Source: a virus. From it: a stretch of 64,000 nucleotides of DNA. Made by a program: the position numbers and the translations under genes. Under the pieces are notes generated by a model. That model was not told where the DNA came from and made no database searches. It saw only the letters and a program-made list of their open reading frames with translations. The DNA is taken from the IMG/VR virus record IMGVR_UViG_3300012956_000025. One strand, given 5' to 3'. Positions 20,380-30,266 of the stretch are shown piece after piece (position 1 is the first letter of the stretch; the number at the start of each line of letters is the position of its first letter).

Positions 20380-20709
20380 ATGCATGCTATAATTATGAGA
20401 GATAAAGGTCTAGACAAAGGTCTAATCAGAGAGTTTAACACATCTGACAGAGACAAAAGAGGTTGGGCAAAAGGTCTTTTTGGTTTCAGAAAGATGTTTT
20501 GGGATTACCTTAACAAATTAAATGTACCATTTTTTGATGCTTGTTGTGAGGACGCAACTACAAACGTTTATCCAGTAAGATGGAATGAGTCTTTAAGCAG
20601 ACTTGAGAAGTTTAATGGAACTGCATGGGTAGATATTACCGAAATTGCAGAGACTACAACTACTACAACAACGTCATCAACCACAACAACTACCACAACA
20701 GGTGGTTAA
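20380..20709 (+). CDS. Small protein with a C-terminal Thr tract
   Basis: CC pair, EKFNGTAWV motif, terminal TTTTTTTSSTTTTTTTGG. Confidence 0.65.
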   Translation: MHAIIMRDKGLDKGLIREFNTSDRDKRGWAKGLFGFRKMFWDYLNKLNVPFFDACCEDATTNVYPVRWNESLSRLEKFNGTAWVDITEIAETTTTTTTSSTTTTTTTGG

Positions 20710-20716
20710 GAAAAAG

Positions 20717-20744
20717 AAAAGGGGAGTTATTGACTCCCCTTTTT
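20717..20744. terminator. Bidirectional intrinsic terminator between the converging gene blocks
   Basis: AAAA-GGGGAGT-tattg-ACTCCCC-TTTTT. Confidence 0.85.
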
Positions 20745-21173
20745 ATTTCTATAACTTCCTGACCTAGTATATGTTCTAATTTTATGGCAATTGGAACATA
20801 CAACTTCACATTTATCTATCTCTTTCTGAATATTTTCCCAAGAATATGCATGACTTACCATTTTAGTAACATCCATTCTCTTATTTCCTTTAATATGGTC
20901 AAATTCAAGAACTCTTACATCAGTGTTTCCACAATCGATACATGGATGAACATTTAGATAGCTCAAAAGTTTTTCCTTCTTCTCTATTCTATGTCTCTTC
21001 TTATTTTTATATGTATCTTTACAGATTCTTAATTTGTTCTTACTATAATAAGAATTCATATAAATTATATGACATTCTTTACATACATAAGAATGTCCGT
21101 CCTTTTTCTTCTTATCAATACTAAATTGAGATATATCTTTTTCTTTTTTGCACTTTGAGCAAGTTTTTTCCAT
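20727..21173 (-). CDS. HNH homing endonuclease with an N-terminal Zn finger
   Basis: Probable start MEKTCSKC; CIDCG..LEFDH..KCEVVCSNCHKIRT. Confidence 0.85.
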   Translation of the reverse strand: MEKTCSKCKKEKDISQFSIDKKKKDGHSYVCKECHIIYMNSYYSKNKLRICKDTYKNKKRHRIEKKEKLLSYLNVHPCIDCGNTDVRVLEFDHIKGNKRMDVTKMVSHAYSWENIQKEIDKCEVVCSNCHKIRTYTRSGSYRNKKGSQ

Positions 21174-21176
21174 AGT

Positions 21177-21208
21177 ATAATATACATAAAAGTTCTTAAT
21201 CCACCAAA
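21177..21208 (-). promoter_or_regulatory. Variant promoter TTTG-N20-TATATTAT, 3 nt upstream of the HNH ATG
   Basis: Sequence match; suggests a leaderless mRNA. Confidence 0.55.
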
Positions 21209-21531
21209 TTTTTAGTAGATTTTTGAGAACTTTTATTTCTATCCATGAACCATAGTGTTTTGACTGCTCCATCAAAAGGATTAAAGCAAAGAAAAATATA
21301 TTTGGTACTGTTATATTTCAATCTAACTACCACACTTCTGAGCTCTCTTCCATTATCTGTCTTTCCAGAATGTATATTATCCTTAGTAACTCTGACCAAC
21401 GTAGGAATACAATCTATTCCTAATCCTCTCTCCTCAAGCCTTTCTATAAAATGCTTTGTTGGCTTTAACTTAATTAGACTGTTAGGATATACATAATTCC
21501 CCTCCACCAATTGTCTCCTCGTCAAATCCAT
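21196..21531 (-). CDS. Hypothetical protein (HFIERLEER; possible RelE-like nuclease fold)
   Basis: TKHFIERLEERG and terminal VKTLW motifs. Confidence 0.5.
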   Translation of the reverse strand: MDLTRRQLVEGNYVYPNSLIKLKPTKHFIERLEERGLGIDCIPTLVRVTKDNIHSGKTDNGRELRSVVVRLKYNSTKYIFLCFNPFDGAVKTLWFMDRNKSSQKSTKNLVD

Positions 21532-21611
21532 CTATCATTATTTTAAAATTATCAAACTCAGGATTACTTCTTATATCCTCTATAGCATATGCTAATTCTT
21601 CGAGAGATATA

Positions 21612-22223
21612 TCATTGAAGTGCACCTCTTTCTTCTCCAACAAGATAACCATTTAATGTTTCTTTTTCCTTATCATAAATACTTCCCAGTTCTCCTACTT
21701 TCTTCAATTCTCCCAGAGGTATCTCATAGTTATCTGCTACATATTCTATAGCAGTTAATCCTCCTAATAATCCATACTTTATATTAGGTTCTATTACTGC
21801 TGATATCTCTATCTCCAATTTCTCACCCTTATCAAAGTATGTATGATACTTTATTATCTTATCCTTTGCTTGTTTTGAAAACTTTGAATATTTACCTTTA
21901 AGAAACATCTCTATATCTAATGCCCATTCCGATATATCTAATATAAATATAGTTTCATTTTCAAAATCATAACACTCAATTACGTACAAATTCTTATCTA
22001 ATATTGGAAATACTATTCTATTACAGTATGCAAGAAACTCATCATGATTACTATATGAGAACTTAATAATTAGATGATAATTCTCTATAGAATAGTCTCT
22101 CCAAAAGAGATATGTTTTTATAGGATACTTCTGAGACTTAGAAAGACCTACCAGAGGAAGTAAGAATGTTTCTGACTTACTCCAATACTGTCCCTTATCT
22201 ACTTTCTTTATTACGTCTATCAT
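21612..22223 (-). CDS. Hypothetical phage protein
   Basis: 203-aa ORF in the operon; FLKGKYSKFS. Confidence 0.6.
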   Translation of the reverse strand: MIDVIKKVDKGQYWSKSETFLLPLVGLSKSQKYPIKTYLFWRDYSIENYHLIIKFSYSNHDEFLAYCNRIVFPILDKNLYVIECYDFENETIFILDISEWALDIEMFLKGKYSKFSKQAKDKIIKYHTYFDKGEKLEIEISAVIEPNIKYGLLGGLTAIEYVADNYEIPLGELKKVGELGSIYDKEKETLNGYLVGEERGALQ

Positions 22224-22533
22224 ACTTCAATTTTAGTTTTTCCCTTCTATTATTTATCTCAAGATAGAAAGACGGGTCATTCTCGACCTTAGTATGTTCA
22301 TCTCCTGTAAGGAGAATAATGTTCTCCTCATCTAACATTGCATCGGGATACTTACTTTTTGGAAGAATATGATGAAAAAATATAGTAAGAGGTTCTTTTC
22401 CTAACCATCTACCTGATATCTCAGAATAATGCCTTCTTTTATACCAAATTTCCATAAAAATGGATAGCATTATCTGGTTAAGCTTTTTCTTCTCTTCGTT
22501 CTTCTTTTTTTGTTTTTCTGATATTTTCTTCAC
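22195..22533 (-). CDS. Small HNH-family nuclease (NinG/Ref-like)
   Basis: FHHILPKSKYP..NIILLT..EH. Confidence 0.65.
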   Translation of the reverse strand: MKKISEKQKKKNEEKKKLNQIMLSIFMEIWYKRRHYSEISGRWLGKEPLTIFFHHILPKSKYPDAMLDEENIILLTGDEHTKVENDPSFYLEINNRREKLKLKYDRRNKESR

Positions 22534-22663
22534 CTATTTTCTTTCTTTTAAGTATTCCTGCAATATTCAAAGATAATAATTTATTCCATTCCTCAATGTC
22601 TTTTGAAGACATTTCTATTTTCTCCAATTCTAAAAGACGCTCATTTACCTTTACCCAGTTCAT
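22478..22663 (-). CDS. Hypothetical protein
   Basis: 61-aa ORF in the operon. Confidence 0.35.
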   Translation of the reverse strand: MNWVKVNERLLELEKIEMSSKDIEEWNKLLSLNIAGILKRKKIGEENIRKTKKEERREEKA

Positions 22664-22711
22664 AATAAAAAGAAAACTCCCCCTAACCTCTCAGTCAGAG
22701 GGAGTGTTTAT

Positions 22712-23032
22712 TTACCTATTATCCCCTTCTCCATGTATTAAATTTCTATCTTTTCTTGAAGATAGTTTCTCAACATTTGCATCAACTACATCCTGTAGTG
22801 TAAATCCTAAATCATCTGCTAGGGATGCAATATACCAAAGTGGGTCACCTAATTCTTTAAGGAGACCCTGTTTATCCAATTCCTTATCTCCTCTTAGCCA
22901 CTTTTTTACCTTTTCACTAATCTCACCAGCTTCACCAACTAATCCTAATGCTGGATACACAATTGCATGTTTTTCAGGATAAACCTTCATGCTCTTCACA
23001 AACTCCTGATACTCATTAAAGTTCTGCATCAA
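22712..23032 (-). CDS. MazG-like NTP pyrophosphohydrolase
   Basis: [33 protein letters not shown]. Confidence 0.9.
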   Translation of the reverse strand: MMQNFNEYQEFVKSMKVYPEKHAIVYPALGLVGEAGEISEKVKKWLRGDKELDKQGLLKELGDPLWYIASLADDLGFTLQDVVDANVEKLSSRKDRNLIHGEGDNR

Positions 23033-24083
23033 CTACCTCCTTTTGTGTTGCCTTAAACTCAGTAGGTTTAAAGCTATTAATAATCTTATCTTTTACTTCC
23101 TCAATCATTCCTTCATTATCTATCAGAAGGTTTCTAGCAGCTTCTCTACCTTGAGCAACATTAGACCCGTTATAAGAGAACCAAGCTCCAGATTTAGAGA
23201 TAACATCTGCTTCAATTGCCATGTCCAGTATCTCACCTGCTGTATCAATTCCTTCTCCATATAAAATGTCAAATTTGGCTTGCCTAAATGGAGGAGCCAC
23301 TTTATTTTTAATTACTTTTACAGTAACCTGATTTCCAATTTTAGTTTCACCATCCATCACACTATTTTCCTTTGTCACACTTCTTCGTACATCTAATCTT
23401 ACAGATGCATAGTATTTCAATGCATTACCACCTGTAGTCGTTTCAGGACTACCAAACATCACGCCAATTTTATCACGCATTTGATTTGTGAAAATCAATA
23501 ACGTATTGCTTTTTGCAACCACACCTGTCAATTTCCTCATTGCTTGAGACATTAAACGGGCTTGTTTACCCATATTACTATCTCCCATATCACCCTCTAA
23601 CTCAGCTTTAGGAACAAGAGCTGCAACACTATCTACAACTACTACTGAGAACTCTCCTGATGCTATTACCTTCTCTGCAATATCTAAAGCCTGTTCACCA
23701 TGGTCAGGCTGTGCAATCTCTAACCTATCCAAGTCCACACCTAATTTTTCAGCATAACCTAAATCAATTGCATGCTCTGCATCAATAATAGCACAGTGGG
23801 TACTAGAATTTGCTCTATGAGCCTCAGATATTACCTCAAGACATAACGTAGTTTTACCACTACTTTCTGGTCCATATATCTCTACTATCCTTCCCTTTGG
23901 GAGTCCTCCTATGCCTAATGCGAGATTTAATCCGAGAGACCCTGTAGATATAGCCTCATGAGAACTAGGCTTATCCTTTGCTCCTATAAGAGCTCCTTTT
24001 CCATAATCTTTCTCAAGCTGTTGCTTTATAATTTCAATTCTTGAGATTTTCCCTTCACTTTTTGGTTCTTTTGCTTTTGCCAT
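23016..24083 (-). CDS. recA: RecA recombinase
   Basis: [57 protein letters not shown]. Confidence 0.97.
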   Translation of the reverse strand: MAKAKEPKSEGKISRIEIIKQQLEKDYGKGALIGAKDKPSSHEAISTGSLGLNLALGIGGLPKGRIVEIYGPESSGKTTLCLEVISEAHRANSSTHCAIIDAEHAIDLGYAEKLGVDLDRLEIAQPDHGEQALDIAEKVIASGEFSVVVVDSVAALVPKAELEGDMGDSNMGKQARLMSQAMRKLTGVVAKSNTLLIFTNQMRDKIGVMFGSPETTTGGNALKYYASVRLDVRRSVTKENSVMDGETKIGNQVTVKVIKNKVAPPFRQAKFDILYGEGIDTAGEILDMAIEADVISKSGAWFSYNGSNVAQGREAARNLLIDNEGMIEEVKDKIINSFKPTEFKATQKEVVDAEL

Positions 24084-24113
24084 ATTTTAGTTTTCTGTTT
24101 TATCTTGTACTCT

Positions 24114-24144
24114 CAAAGTTAGTAAATTTTAAAGTATAAACAAA
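24114..24144 (-). promoter_or_regulatory. Bacteroidota sigma70-type promoter for recA (TTTG-N19-TAACTTTG)
   Basis: Exact consensus match. Confidence 0.75.
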
Positions 24145-24145
24145 G

Positions 24146-26347
24146 TTAAATTCTAACTATTTCACAAGACCCTCCACTGCAAGACATACTAGAGTACTCA
24201 CTCACTTCCTTATAAGAAGGACTTCCCAGAATCTGTTGAAAATCAACATCTTTCATCTGCCTATTGATTGTCTTCCATTTATGGAATAAATGTATATCCT
24301 TTAGACAGTATACAAGTTTCTTTAAATCTCCCTTAAAATAATTTTTAGCAAACCTTTTTGCTCTCTTTATCCAATCTCCCTTTAGCCATACTTCTTGCCT
24401 TGTACCTGTAATCTTAATTTTCTTCTCAGTATCAAGTACTAAGTCACAAGCTTCCCATAAGTTCTGGTCAAAAGCATGCAATCCATCCACAATCAATCCT
24501 GAGGCTAACAGTGCACCATCACCATACTCCTTTATTATCTGGTCCATAGTAAGAACAGATGTAAAAGGAGCCTGATTAAAGTCCTTATCACCATAATCTG
24601 ACAGGAACGATACAGCCTTAAATAAATCTTGATTGTCAAAGATATATTTAGTTATTTCATCCTGATTATCAATGATTACCGTACAAGATACAGAGTGTCT
24701 TAGCCAAGGCTTTATACAAGCTTCTACATTTGTACCAGCGTTTACCCAATTCTCCTGAACTAACTTAATGAGTTCCAAGTGTTTAATACCCCTCATATCT
24801 TTCTTAAATAATCCATCCTGAGGATTAACTATTGGGACAAATACAACATAATCACTATTTGTAGCTGACCATACACTTTCTTCTAGTAAGAATGGCATAT
24901 TTTCCTCAAGATATTTAGCAGTATCACTGTCTTTATTCAACTGCATTACTCTAAAGTACTGAGAACTATGTTCAGGATGAATACCACTAGCTGTACCTAA
25001 TACTACAGATGCATTACCAGATGGCTTTACAGTTGTTGTACGAGCAGCTGGGTTAATTCCTATAACATGAGCTACCTCTTTATTTGTCTCAATTACTATT
25101 CTGGCACCTTCTCTAAGTATCTCTGCATCAAATAGATATGGTTGATTCATCCATCCTGTTACAGAAACTCCTATTAAAGCTTCTCTCCTTACTATATCTT
25201 CTGTATCTTTTCCTAAATAAGGAAAGTCCGTATATCCTGCCTGTAAAGTACCTAATATAGAGGCTATTTTGCAAGCTCTAAAAAATTCTGCCTTTGTTGT
25301 ACATTTTGATGCATTTATCTCTGTAAGATTACACATCTGGAATCCTGTTCTTCCATCCTCTAAAACAGGACGGAATGTAATTTCCCTACAGGGATTACTT
25401 ACTTCATACTCATCATGTACAAAAATGAAGGATATATCATTATCTCCTTGATTTAGGTCAATAATCTTCTTTAACTCATCATAGTCAAATTGTTTCCTGA
25501 TAAGACCTACTGCATTATTGCTTCTTGCACGTTGTGGATTATCTTGCCTCCAATTCCCAAGCTTAGCATTTATCATCTCCTCATCATCCTTATCTATCAA
25601 CACACTACAAGCACTTCTTCTAACTCCTCCACTTAATACTGCATTAGCTGCATGCATGATTATATCATATACTAGAATAGGACGCATCCAATTACCTTGA
25701 GCAGTAATCCACTTCTCCAGCATACTCTCGATTTTCTCAAGACTCTGCTTTAGTCCCTCATGTCCCGGAGCCTTAAATCCTCCTGATATATAACTCCCTT
25801 TAGGACGGATAAGAGAGTAATCAAACTTAATCTCATATCCTGTATACTCTGGAAATGGTTGATTATCACCAAAATAGCTACTCATCAAAACACCCAATGC
25901 ATCTGACCATCCTTCTATGCTATCTTCGATAACAAATGTTTTTGCACCAAGTGTTCTCTTATAGATAGGTGATAACTTCTCAATAAACTCTCTTCTTATA
26001 GAGAAATCTAGCCCACATCCACTCAATAATACATGGAAACACTTTTGAAAGTAGTCATTTTTATCAAATAGTACTCCTACACAATTGTACATTCTCTCAT
26101 TATTTCTCATTATCTGAGGATATCTGTACTGCAGATTTCTTTGACTAGCTAGTACCAGCATCTCTTTTATTCCTCTCTCAGCCTCAGTTAGATAGTCTTC
26201 GATATCTGTATATCTATACTTCTTTCTATGACCATCAATGATAGACTCACAAGCCTCATCCCAATTTTCGTATCTTCCTTCTTCCTTCCATTTAAAGTAG
26301 TCCGAGTGCAACTTTAAATCACTTAAAAACTTCTTTCCTTTCTGCAT
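24146..26347 (-). CDS. nrdJ: Ribonucleotide reductase, class II (B12-dependent) type
   Basis: GGVRRSA, NPCREI, CNLTEIN, TTTVKPSGNAS, C-terminal CSGGSCEI; no beta subunit in the window. Confidence 0.85.
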   Translation of the reverse strand: MQKGKKFLSDLKLHSDYFKWKEEGRYENWDEACESIIDGHRKKYRYTDIEDYLTEAERGIKEMLVLASQRNLQYRYPQIMRNNERMYNCVGVLFDKNDYFQKCFHVLLSGCGLDFSIRREFIEKLSPIYKRTLGAKTFVIEDSIEGWSDALGVLMSSYFGDNQPFPEYTGYEIKFDYSLIRPKGSYISGGFKAPGHEGLKQSLEKIESMLEKWITAQGNWMRPILVYDIIMHAANAVLSGGVRRSACSVLIDKDDEEMINAKLGNWRQDNPQRARSNNAVGLIRKQFDYDELKKIIDLNQGDNDISFIFVHDEYEVSNPCREITFRPVLEDGRTGFQMCNLTEINASKCTTKAEFFRACKIASILGTLQAGYTDFPYLGKDTEDIVRREALIGVSVTGWMNQPYLFDAEILREGARIVIETNKEVAHVIGINPAARTTTVKPSGNASVVLGTASGIHPEHSSQYFRVMQLNKDSDTAKYLEENMPFLLEESVWSATNSDYVVFVPIVNPQDGLFKKDMRGIKHLELIKLVQENWVNAGTNVEACIKPWLRHSVSCTVIIDNQDEITKYIFDNQDLFKAVSFLSDYGDKDFNQAPFTSVLTMDQIIKEYGDGALLASGLIVDGLHAFDQNLWEACDLVLDTEKKIKITGTRQEVWLKGDWIKRAKRFAKNYFKGDLKKLVYCLKDIHLFHKWKTINRQMKDVDFQQILGSPSYKEVSEYSSMSCSGGSCEIVRI

Positions 26348-26367
26348 ATATTTACTGTATTTAGATT

Positions 26368-26398
26368 AAAAAAGCAGGAGTTATTTCTAACCCCTGCT
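26368..26398 (-). terminator. Terminator-like hairpin upstream of the RNR gene
   Basis: Minus strand AGCAGGGGTTA-GAAA-TAACTCCTGCT followed by a T run. Confidence 0.65.
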
Positions 26399-26454
26399 CG
26401 GAATACTAAAATACTATACTATTACGAATTAACCAAATTAACTTGATTAATTTT

Positions 26455-27192
26455 TTACAGTATTTCCCTTCTCTTTAATATCTCATCAACCTTATTTATT
26501 AAATCATTAATTGTTCCATTATTATCTATTTCTTCCTCAAATATATAGTCATCAAGAGCTGTCTCCGAAACATGATAATCCATCTTATCTCCTCTTGTAA
26601 CTCTTATTACAAGTCCTCCTCTTCTTTTTATCTCTGACAACTCATTTGGGAATCTTACATCTGTGATAATCCAATTAGGATACTTTATATCAGCTACTAA
26701 ATCTTCTTCATGTTTGAAGTATGGAATATGTTTATAATCTGCAAATAAGGCATTTACCCAAGTATTACTATGTAGTCCATCTCTAACTGCATCAGTTCCA
26801 AGCTTTTGTAAAAACTCACGAACTGTCATTGGCATTCCATTAACAGACCACTCCTCACTCATCTCAGTCTTCTTAAACTCTTGGTCCTCAAATTTCTCTA
26901 CAGGAATACCTGTTAATAAAGAGGCTACCTGCTTTAATTTTCCAGCAAACTTTTTAATTTGCCAATGACTATCAGCAATTTCATACATAGAAGAATGTCC
27001 TATATCATGACCACTATTATGAATCTTTGGTTTACACCAATCTTCAAAAGAAGGATATTTAAAATCTGGAAGGAATAGTTTTGGTGCTAATCCTCTATCT
27101 CTTTCTTCTCTTGATTTTGCATCCAGATATTGTATAATCTTACCTACAGTATCTTTACCACTACCTATTTTACCATTTATTCCTATTATCAT
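26455..27192 (-). CDS. Deoxynucleoside monophosphate kinase
   Basis: IIGINGKIGSGKDT, FAGKLK, REFLQKLGTD, ITDVRFPNE, HVSETALD. Confidence 0.9.
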   Translation of the reverse strand: MIIGINGKIGSGKDTVGKIIQYLDAKSREERDRGLAPKLFLPDFKYPSFEDWCKPKIHNSGHDIGHSSMYEIADSHWQIKKFAGKLKQVASLLTGIPVEKFEDQEFKKTEMSEEWSVNGMPMTVREFLQKLGTDAVRDGLHSNTWVNALFADYKHIPYFKHEEDLVADIKYPNWIITDVRFPNELSEIKRRGGLVIRVTRGDKMDYHVSETALDDYIFEEEIDNNGTINDLINKVDEILKRREIL

Positions 27193-27374
27193 TGTTTAGT
27201 TATTAATACAAATATTAATAATAATATAAGTCCAATTGACATAGGTAACCATAATGGAGAGAATACCCACCACCAACTCCAATTAATATTACCTGTTATT
27301 TTTAACACAACAAACACTAATGTTAAAAGTGCTAATACAACTTCTGAAAATATTATCTTCATTATTTTACTCAT
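27189..27374 (-). CDS. Small membrane protein
   Basis: VLKITGNINWSWWWVFSPLW. Confidence 0.7.
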   Translation of the reverse strand: MSKIMKIIFSEVVLALLTLVFVVLKITGNINWSWWWVFSPLWLPMSIGLILLLIFVLITKQ

Positions 27375-27661
27375 GTCATTAAGTTATCAATATATCTGGA
27401 TATAAAATATCCCAGACCTGTTCCTATCATGGCACCGTTAGCATATGTTAAACGGTCCATCCATCCTCCTATAGCTATTCTTTTAACATTGATAGTCCAT
27501 ATCAGACTAATCATAAATCCAGTGATAAGCATAGGAACTATCCTATTATGTGCAATAAATGTTACATTCATTGCTACAAATGTTACCTGTAATAGTCCTG
27601 TTAAAAACAATACCCACTTAGATTTACTTAAAAATAACTCTACTATCTGTCTTACTCTCAT
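27371..27661 (-). CDS. Small membrane protein
   Basis: Three hydrophobic segments; YANGAMIGTGLG. Confidence 0.65.
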   Translation of the reverse strand: MRVRQIVELFLSKSKWVLFLTGLLQVTFVAMNVTFIAHNRIVPMLITGFMISLIWTINVKRIAIGGWMDRLTYANGAMIGTGLGYFISRYIDNLMT

Positions 27662-28553
27662 TCTTTATCATTTTTCTGTACTGAATAAATCCTTCAAAGT
27701 TTCCACTCCATCCGGGTTTCTCACATAACTCAGCTGAATCATAATATTCGCTTCTACTCATAGCTTTGGCACAATGTTCAAAAGGTGACATGTGACCACT
27801 ACTAAGAAGAGTATCATGTAACTTTATATCAGCTTCATAATCATCTTTGCCCTCAAAGTTTAAGTAACTTACCCTTGCACAACGTGCTGTAGAAATTTTT
27901 ACTTTTAATTCTTCATCAGAATCAGCTTTTCCGGGACCTTTTGTTTGAGCTTGTTCTAGTTGTAACTTATATAAGCGACCACCATCAACCTTGTCACCAA
28001 AAGGAATATGCCACTCTCCAGCTTTTAATATCTTTGGGGTATTTGCATTATACTCATCTAGCATTTTATACGCTAACTCCTGAATATGTATCTCTGCTTG
28101 GTCATGTGCACGTAACGCAAAGAAGTTTTGCCACTCACTAGCTGTTGCTATAACAGTATGCCACATGAATGGCTCTAGTAATCTATTACATATCTGTTTA
28201 GTTAAACCATATCCTGATAAATGGTCAGCTTTTTTAATTACTTCATCTCTTGCGTTTAGCCATGTTTGTTCACACTCAAAAGAATATTGTTTATCCAGAT
28301 ATTCTGTTCCCTGCATACCTTTGTGGTCTTTCATCCATTTAATAGGGATAAAAGGGTCTTCCTGTACCATCTTAACCATTTTTTCAAATGGTATAGCTCT
28401 ACTTGAGGCACTATTTCTGGATATTACTCTATGTGTATTAAACTCAGCTAAAACTATACGGGGAAATGTTAATACAAATGTAGTTAACCTATTCCCGTAC
28501 TCATTCTGGGAGTCCGCTATAATACGTGCTGATATTTTCTTCTTCTCCATCAT
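27624..28553 (-). CDS. thyX: Flavin-dependent thymidylate synthase-like protein
   Basis: EFNTHRVISRNSASSRAIP (variant ThyX motif), KQICNRLLEP, ARCARVSY, GHMSPFEH. Confidence 0.85.
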   Translation of the reverse strand: MMEKKKISARIIADSQNEYGNRLTTFVLTFPRIVLAEFNTHRVISRNSASSRAIPFEKMVKMVQEDPFIPIKWMKDHKGMQGTEYLDKQYSFECEQTWLNARDEVIKKADHLSGYGLTKQICNRLLEPFMWHTVIATASEWQNFFALRAHDQAEIHIQELAYKMLDEYNANTPKILKAGEWHIPFGDKVDGGRLYKLQLEQAQTKGPGKADSDEELKVKISTARCARVSYLNFEGKDDYEADIKLHDTLLSSGHMSPFEHCAKAMSRSEYYDSAELCEKPGWSGNFEGFIQYRKMIKNESKTDSRVIFK

Positions 28554-29658
28554 ACTGAATATTTAATTTCATTTTACCATTCTTCCCATAGGCATCTCTA
28601 CTACAGTTCCATATATCTTGTTCTTCTGCCCATACTATATCATTTATTAGCTCATCTACGCCTTTATAATAAGTACCCTTTAAGGAAAATCCATACATTC
28701 CTTTCTCTATATCTATATTAGAAGTCTCGTATACAAGAGGTCTTCTGTTATTTACAGAAGTATCTCCAACAACAAACTTCATAGGTTTAACCTCATATCC
28801 CTCCAAGCCAGATGTCTTTGCCCACTCCTCAACAGATTTTACATAAAAGGCATTTTGTAGATAGTAACTATTCTTTATATACATATAGTCAAAAGACTCA
28901 TTATCATATGTAGTTTTTAAATCCATAGGTTGTATCACTCTATGGTCGTGGTCTATTAATAATATATCAAGCTCACTTTTACATGGATAATATTTATTCA
29001 TAGGTAAGAGATACTTCCACTCTATAGGAAAGTGTGTAAGATACTCTAAATTATCATTAACCTTAAATATATCCCTTGTAAATTCATCTCTCATCAATTT
29101 CTCTGCTACAGCTCTTGCTTTATCAACAAGACTTGCATCTACAACAGTTTTACCAATATTTTCCAGCTTCTTGTTATAATAAGATTCTCCATTCTCATAG
29201 AAGTCCTCAAGAACCTTATCTTTATCCTTTCCTTTGTACTTTCCTTCCGCCTGAATTTTATTTAATGCTGCATTAAATCTTGTCTCAAATGAACAGGTAA
29301 TTTCTCCCTTTTCATTCATACAATTTTCAGTCTCTTCAAATATATAATCTGCAAGGGTAAATACCTGACCACTTCCTTTATTACCCTCGAACAAGACAAA
29401 TTTCTCATCAAGTCTATTATTGAATTCCAATTCATCCCCTCTGCAACTAAGAAGATAAAAGTCTACCAAATCCCCAATTATAAGGGATACGTTCTTTTTA
29501 TCTCTTCGTTTCCTTCCTAACTTAAATTCCTCATAAAATTTAACAGGGTCACTATCAAACAATTTAATCATTGACTGATTAAGTGCATCCAGCTTCCTAT
29601 AATTTACATTTGGTTTATCAATAATAACTTTTGGTTGAATTTTCTTGCCCTTTATCAT
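28501..29658 (-). CDS. PD-(D/E)XK exonuclease (RecE/Cas4-like)
   Basis: KSELDILLID..PMDLKTT..YYLQNAFY. Confidence 0.75.
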   Translation of the reverse strand: MIKGKKIQPKVIIDKPNVNYRKLDALNQSMIKLFDSDPVKFYEEFKLGRKRRDKKNVSLIIGDLVDFYLLSCRGDELEFNNRLDEKFVLFEGNKGSGQVFTLADYIFEETENCMNEKGEITCSFETRFNAALNKIQAEGKYKGKDKDKVLEDFYENGESYYNKKLENIGKTVVDASLVDKARAVAEKLMRDEFTRDIFKVNDNLEYLTHFPIEWKYLLPMNKYYPCKSELDILLIDHDHRVIQPMDLKTTYDNESFDYMYIKNSYYLQNAFYVKSVEEWAKTSGLEGYEVKPMKFVVGDTSVNNRRPLVYETSNIDIEKGMYGFSLKGTYYKGVDELINDIVWAEEQDIWNCSRDAYGKNGKMKLNIQYDGEEENISTYYSGLPE

Positions 29659-29664
29659 AATTTA

Positions 29665-29916
29665 TTATTTTGCAGGATTTATAATCACACTACAATTTAC
29701 TACTTCAAAAGTATACGAATCTAATGAATCTCCCCATAAACGTCCATTATCAAGATTTATAAGAGGTCTGTTAGGAAATGATGTCTTCATAACATATGTA
29801 CCTATAGTAGTTTTGTCATCTGGATGATATAAAACCCTAAAAATTGTGCCGTCTCCATACTGATGGACATCAGCACCGCTAACATTTGTAATTAATTGTG
29901 ATGATACTATATTCAT
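29665..29916 (-). CDS. Hypothetical protein
   Basis: ORF coupled within the operon. Confidence 0.5.
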   Translation of the reverse strand: MNIVSSQLITNVSGADVHQYGDGTIFRVLYHPDDKTTIGTYVMKTSFPNRPLINLDNGRLWGDSLDSYTFEVVNCSVIINPAK

Positions 29917-30266
29917 TCTTTGTAATTTAATCTGTCTATTTCAGCTGCTACTAAAGCACCTGCAATAATTAATTTTTCTTGTTCATTCTTATCAAGCATT
30001 TTCTCCCAAACATTAACATCCCACCCTTCAGGAGCAGGATGATAACCTCCCTTGAGAAGCTTAATTGCACCTTCAACTAACTGATAATCAGCATTTAACT
30101 CATAATCTTGCTTTATTGTTATACCATGTTTAATAAGCTGGTCACCTCTCTCATGATTAATAAGAGATACACCTACTGTTATAAATGGATTATATAGATA
30201 TGAGTTACTTACATCAACTGGTATAAATCCCTCAGAATTAGGATTTTGAAAATCTCCATCACTCAT
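29913..30266 (-). CDS. Hypothetical protein, MazG-like helical family
   Basis: ERGDQLIKHG...LIIAGALVAAEIDRL. Confidence 0.55.
   Translation of the reverse strand: MSDGDFQNPNSEGFIPVDVSNSYLYNPFITVGVSLINHERGDQLIKHGITIKQDYELNADYQLVEGAIKLLKGGYHPAPEGWDVNVWEKMLDKNEQEKLIIAGALVAAEIDRLNYKE

Noticed and set aside
21482..21652. 56-aa minus-strand ORF MVILLEKKEVHF...LCIS filling the 21531-21612 gap
   Set aside because: Plausible, but it overlaps both neighbours by 40-50 nt and has no motif, so it is not listed as a feature.
23016..26347. Bacterial chromosome origin suggested by recA and nrdJ
   Set aside because: Both sit in a dense single-strand block with PolB, rIIA/B, GP88 and small phage ORFs; no cellular housekeeping context.
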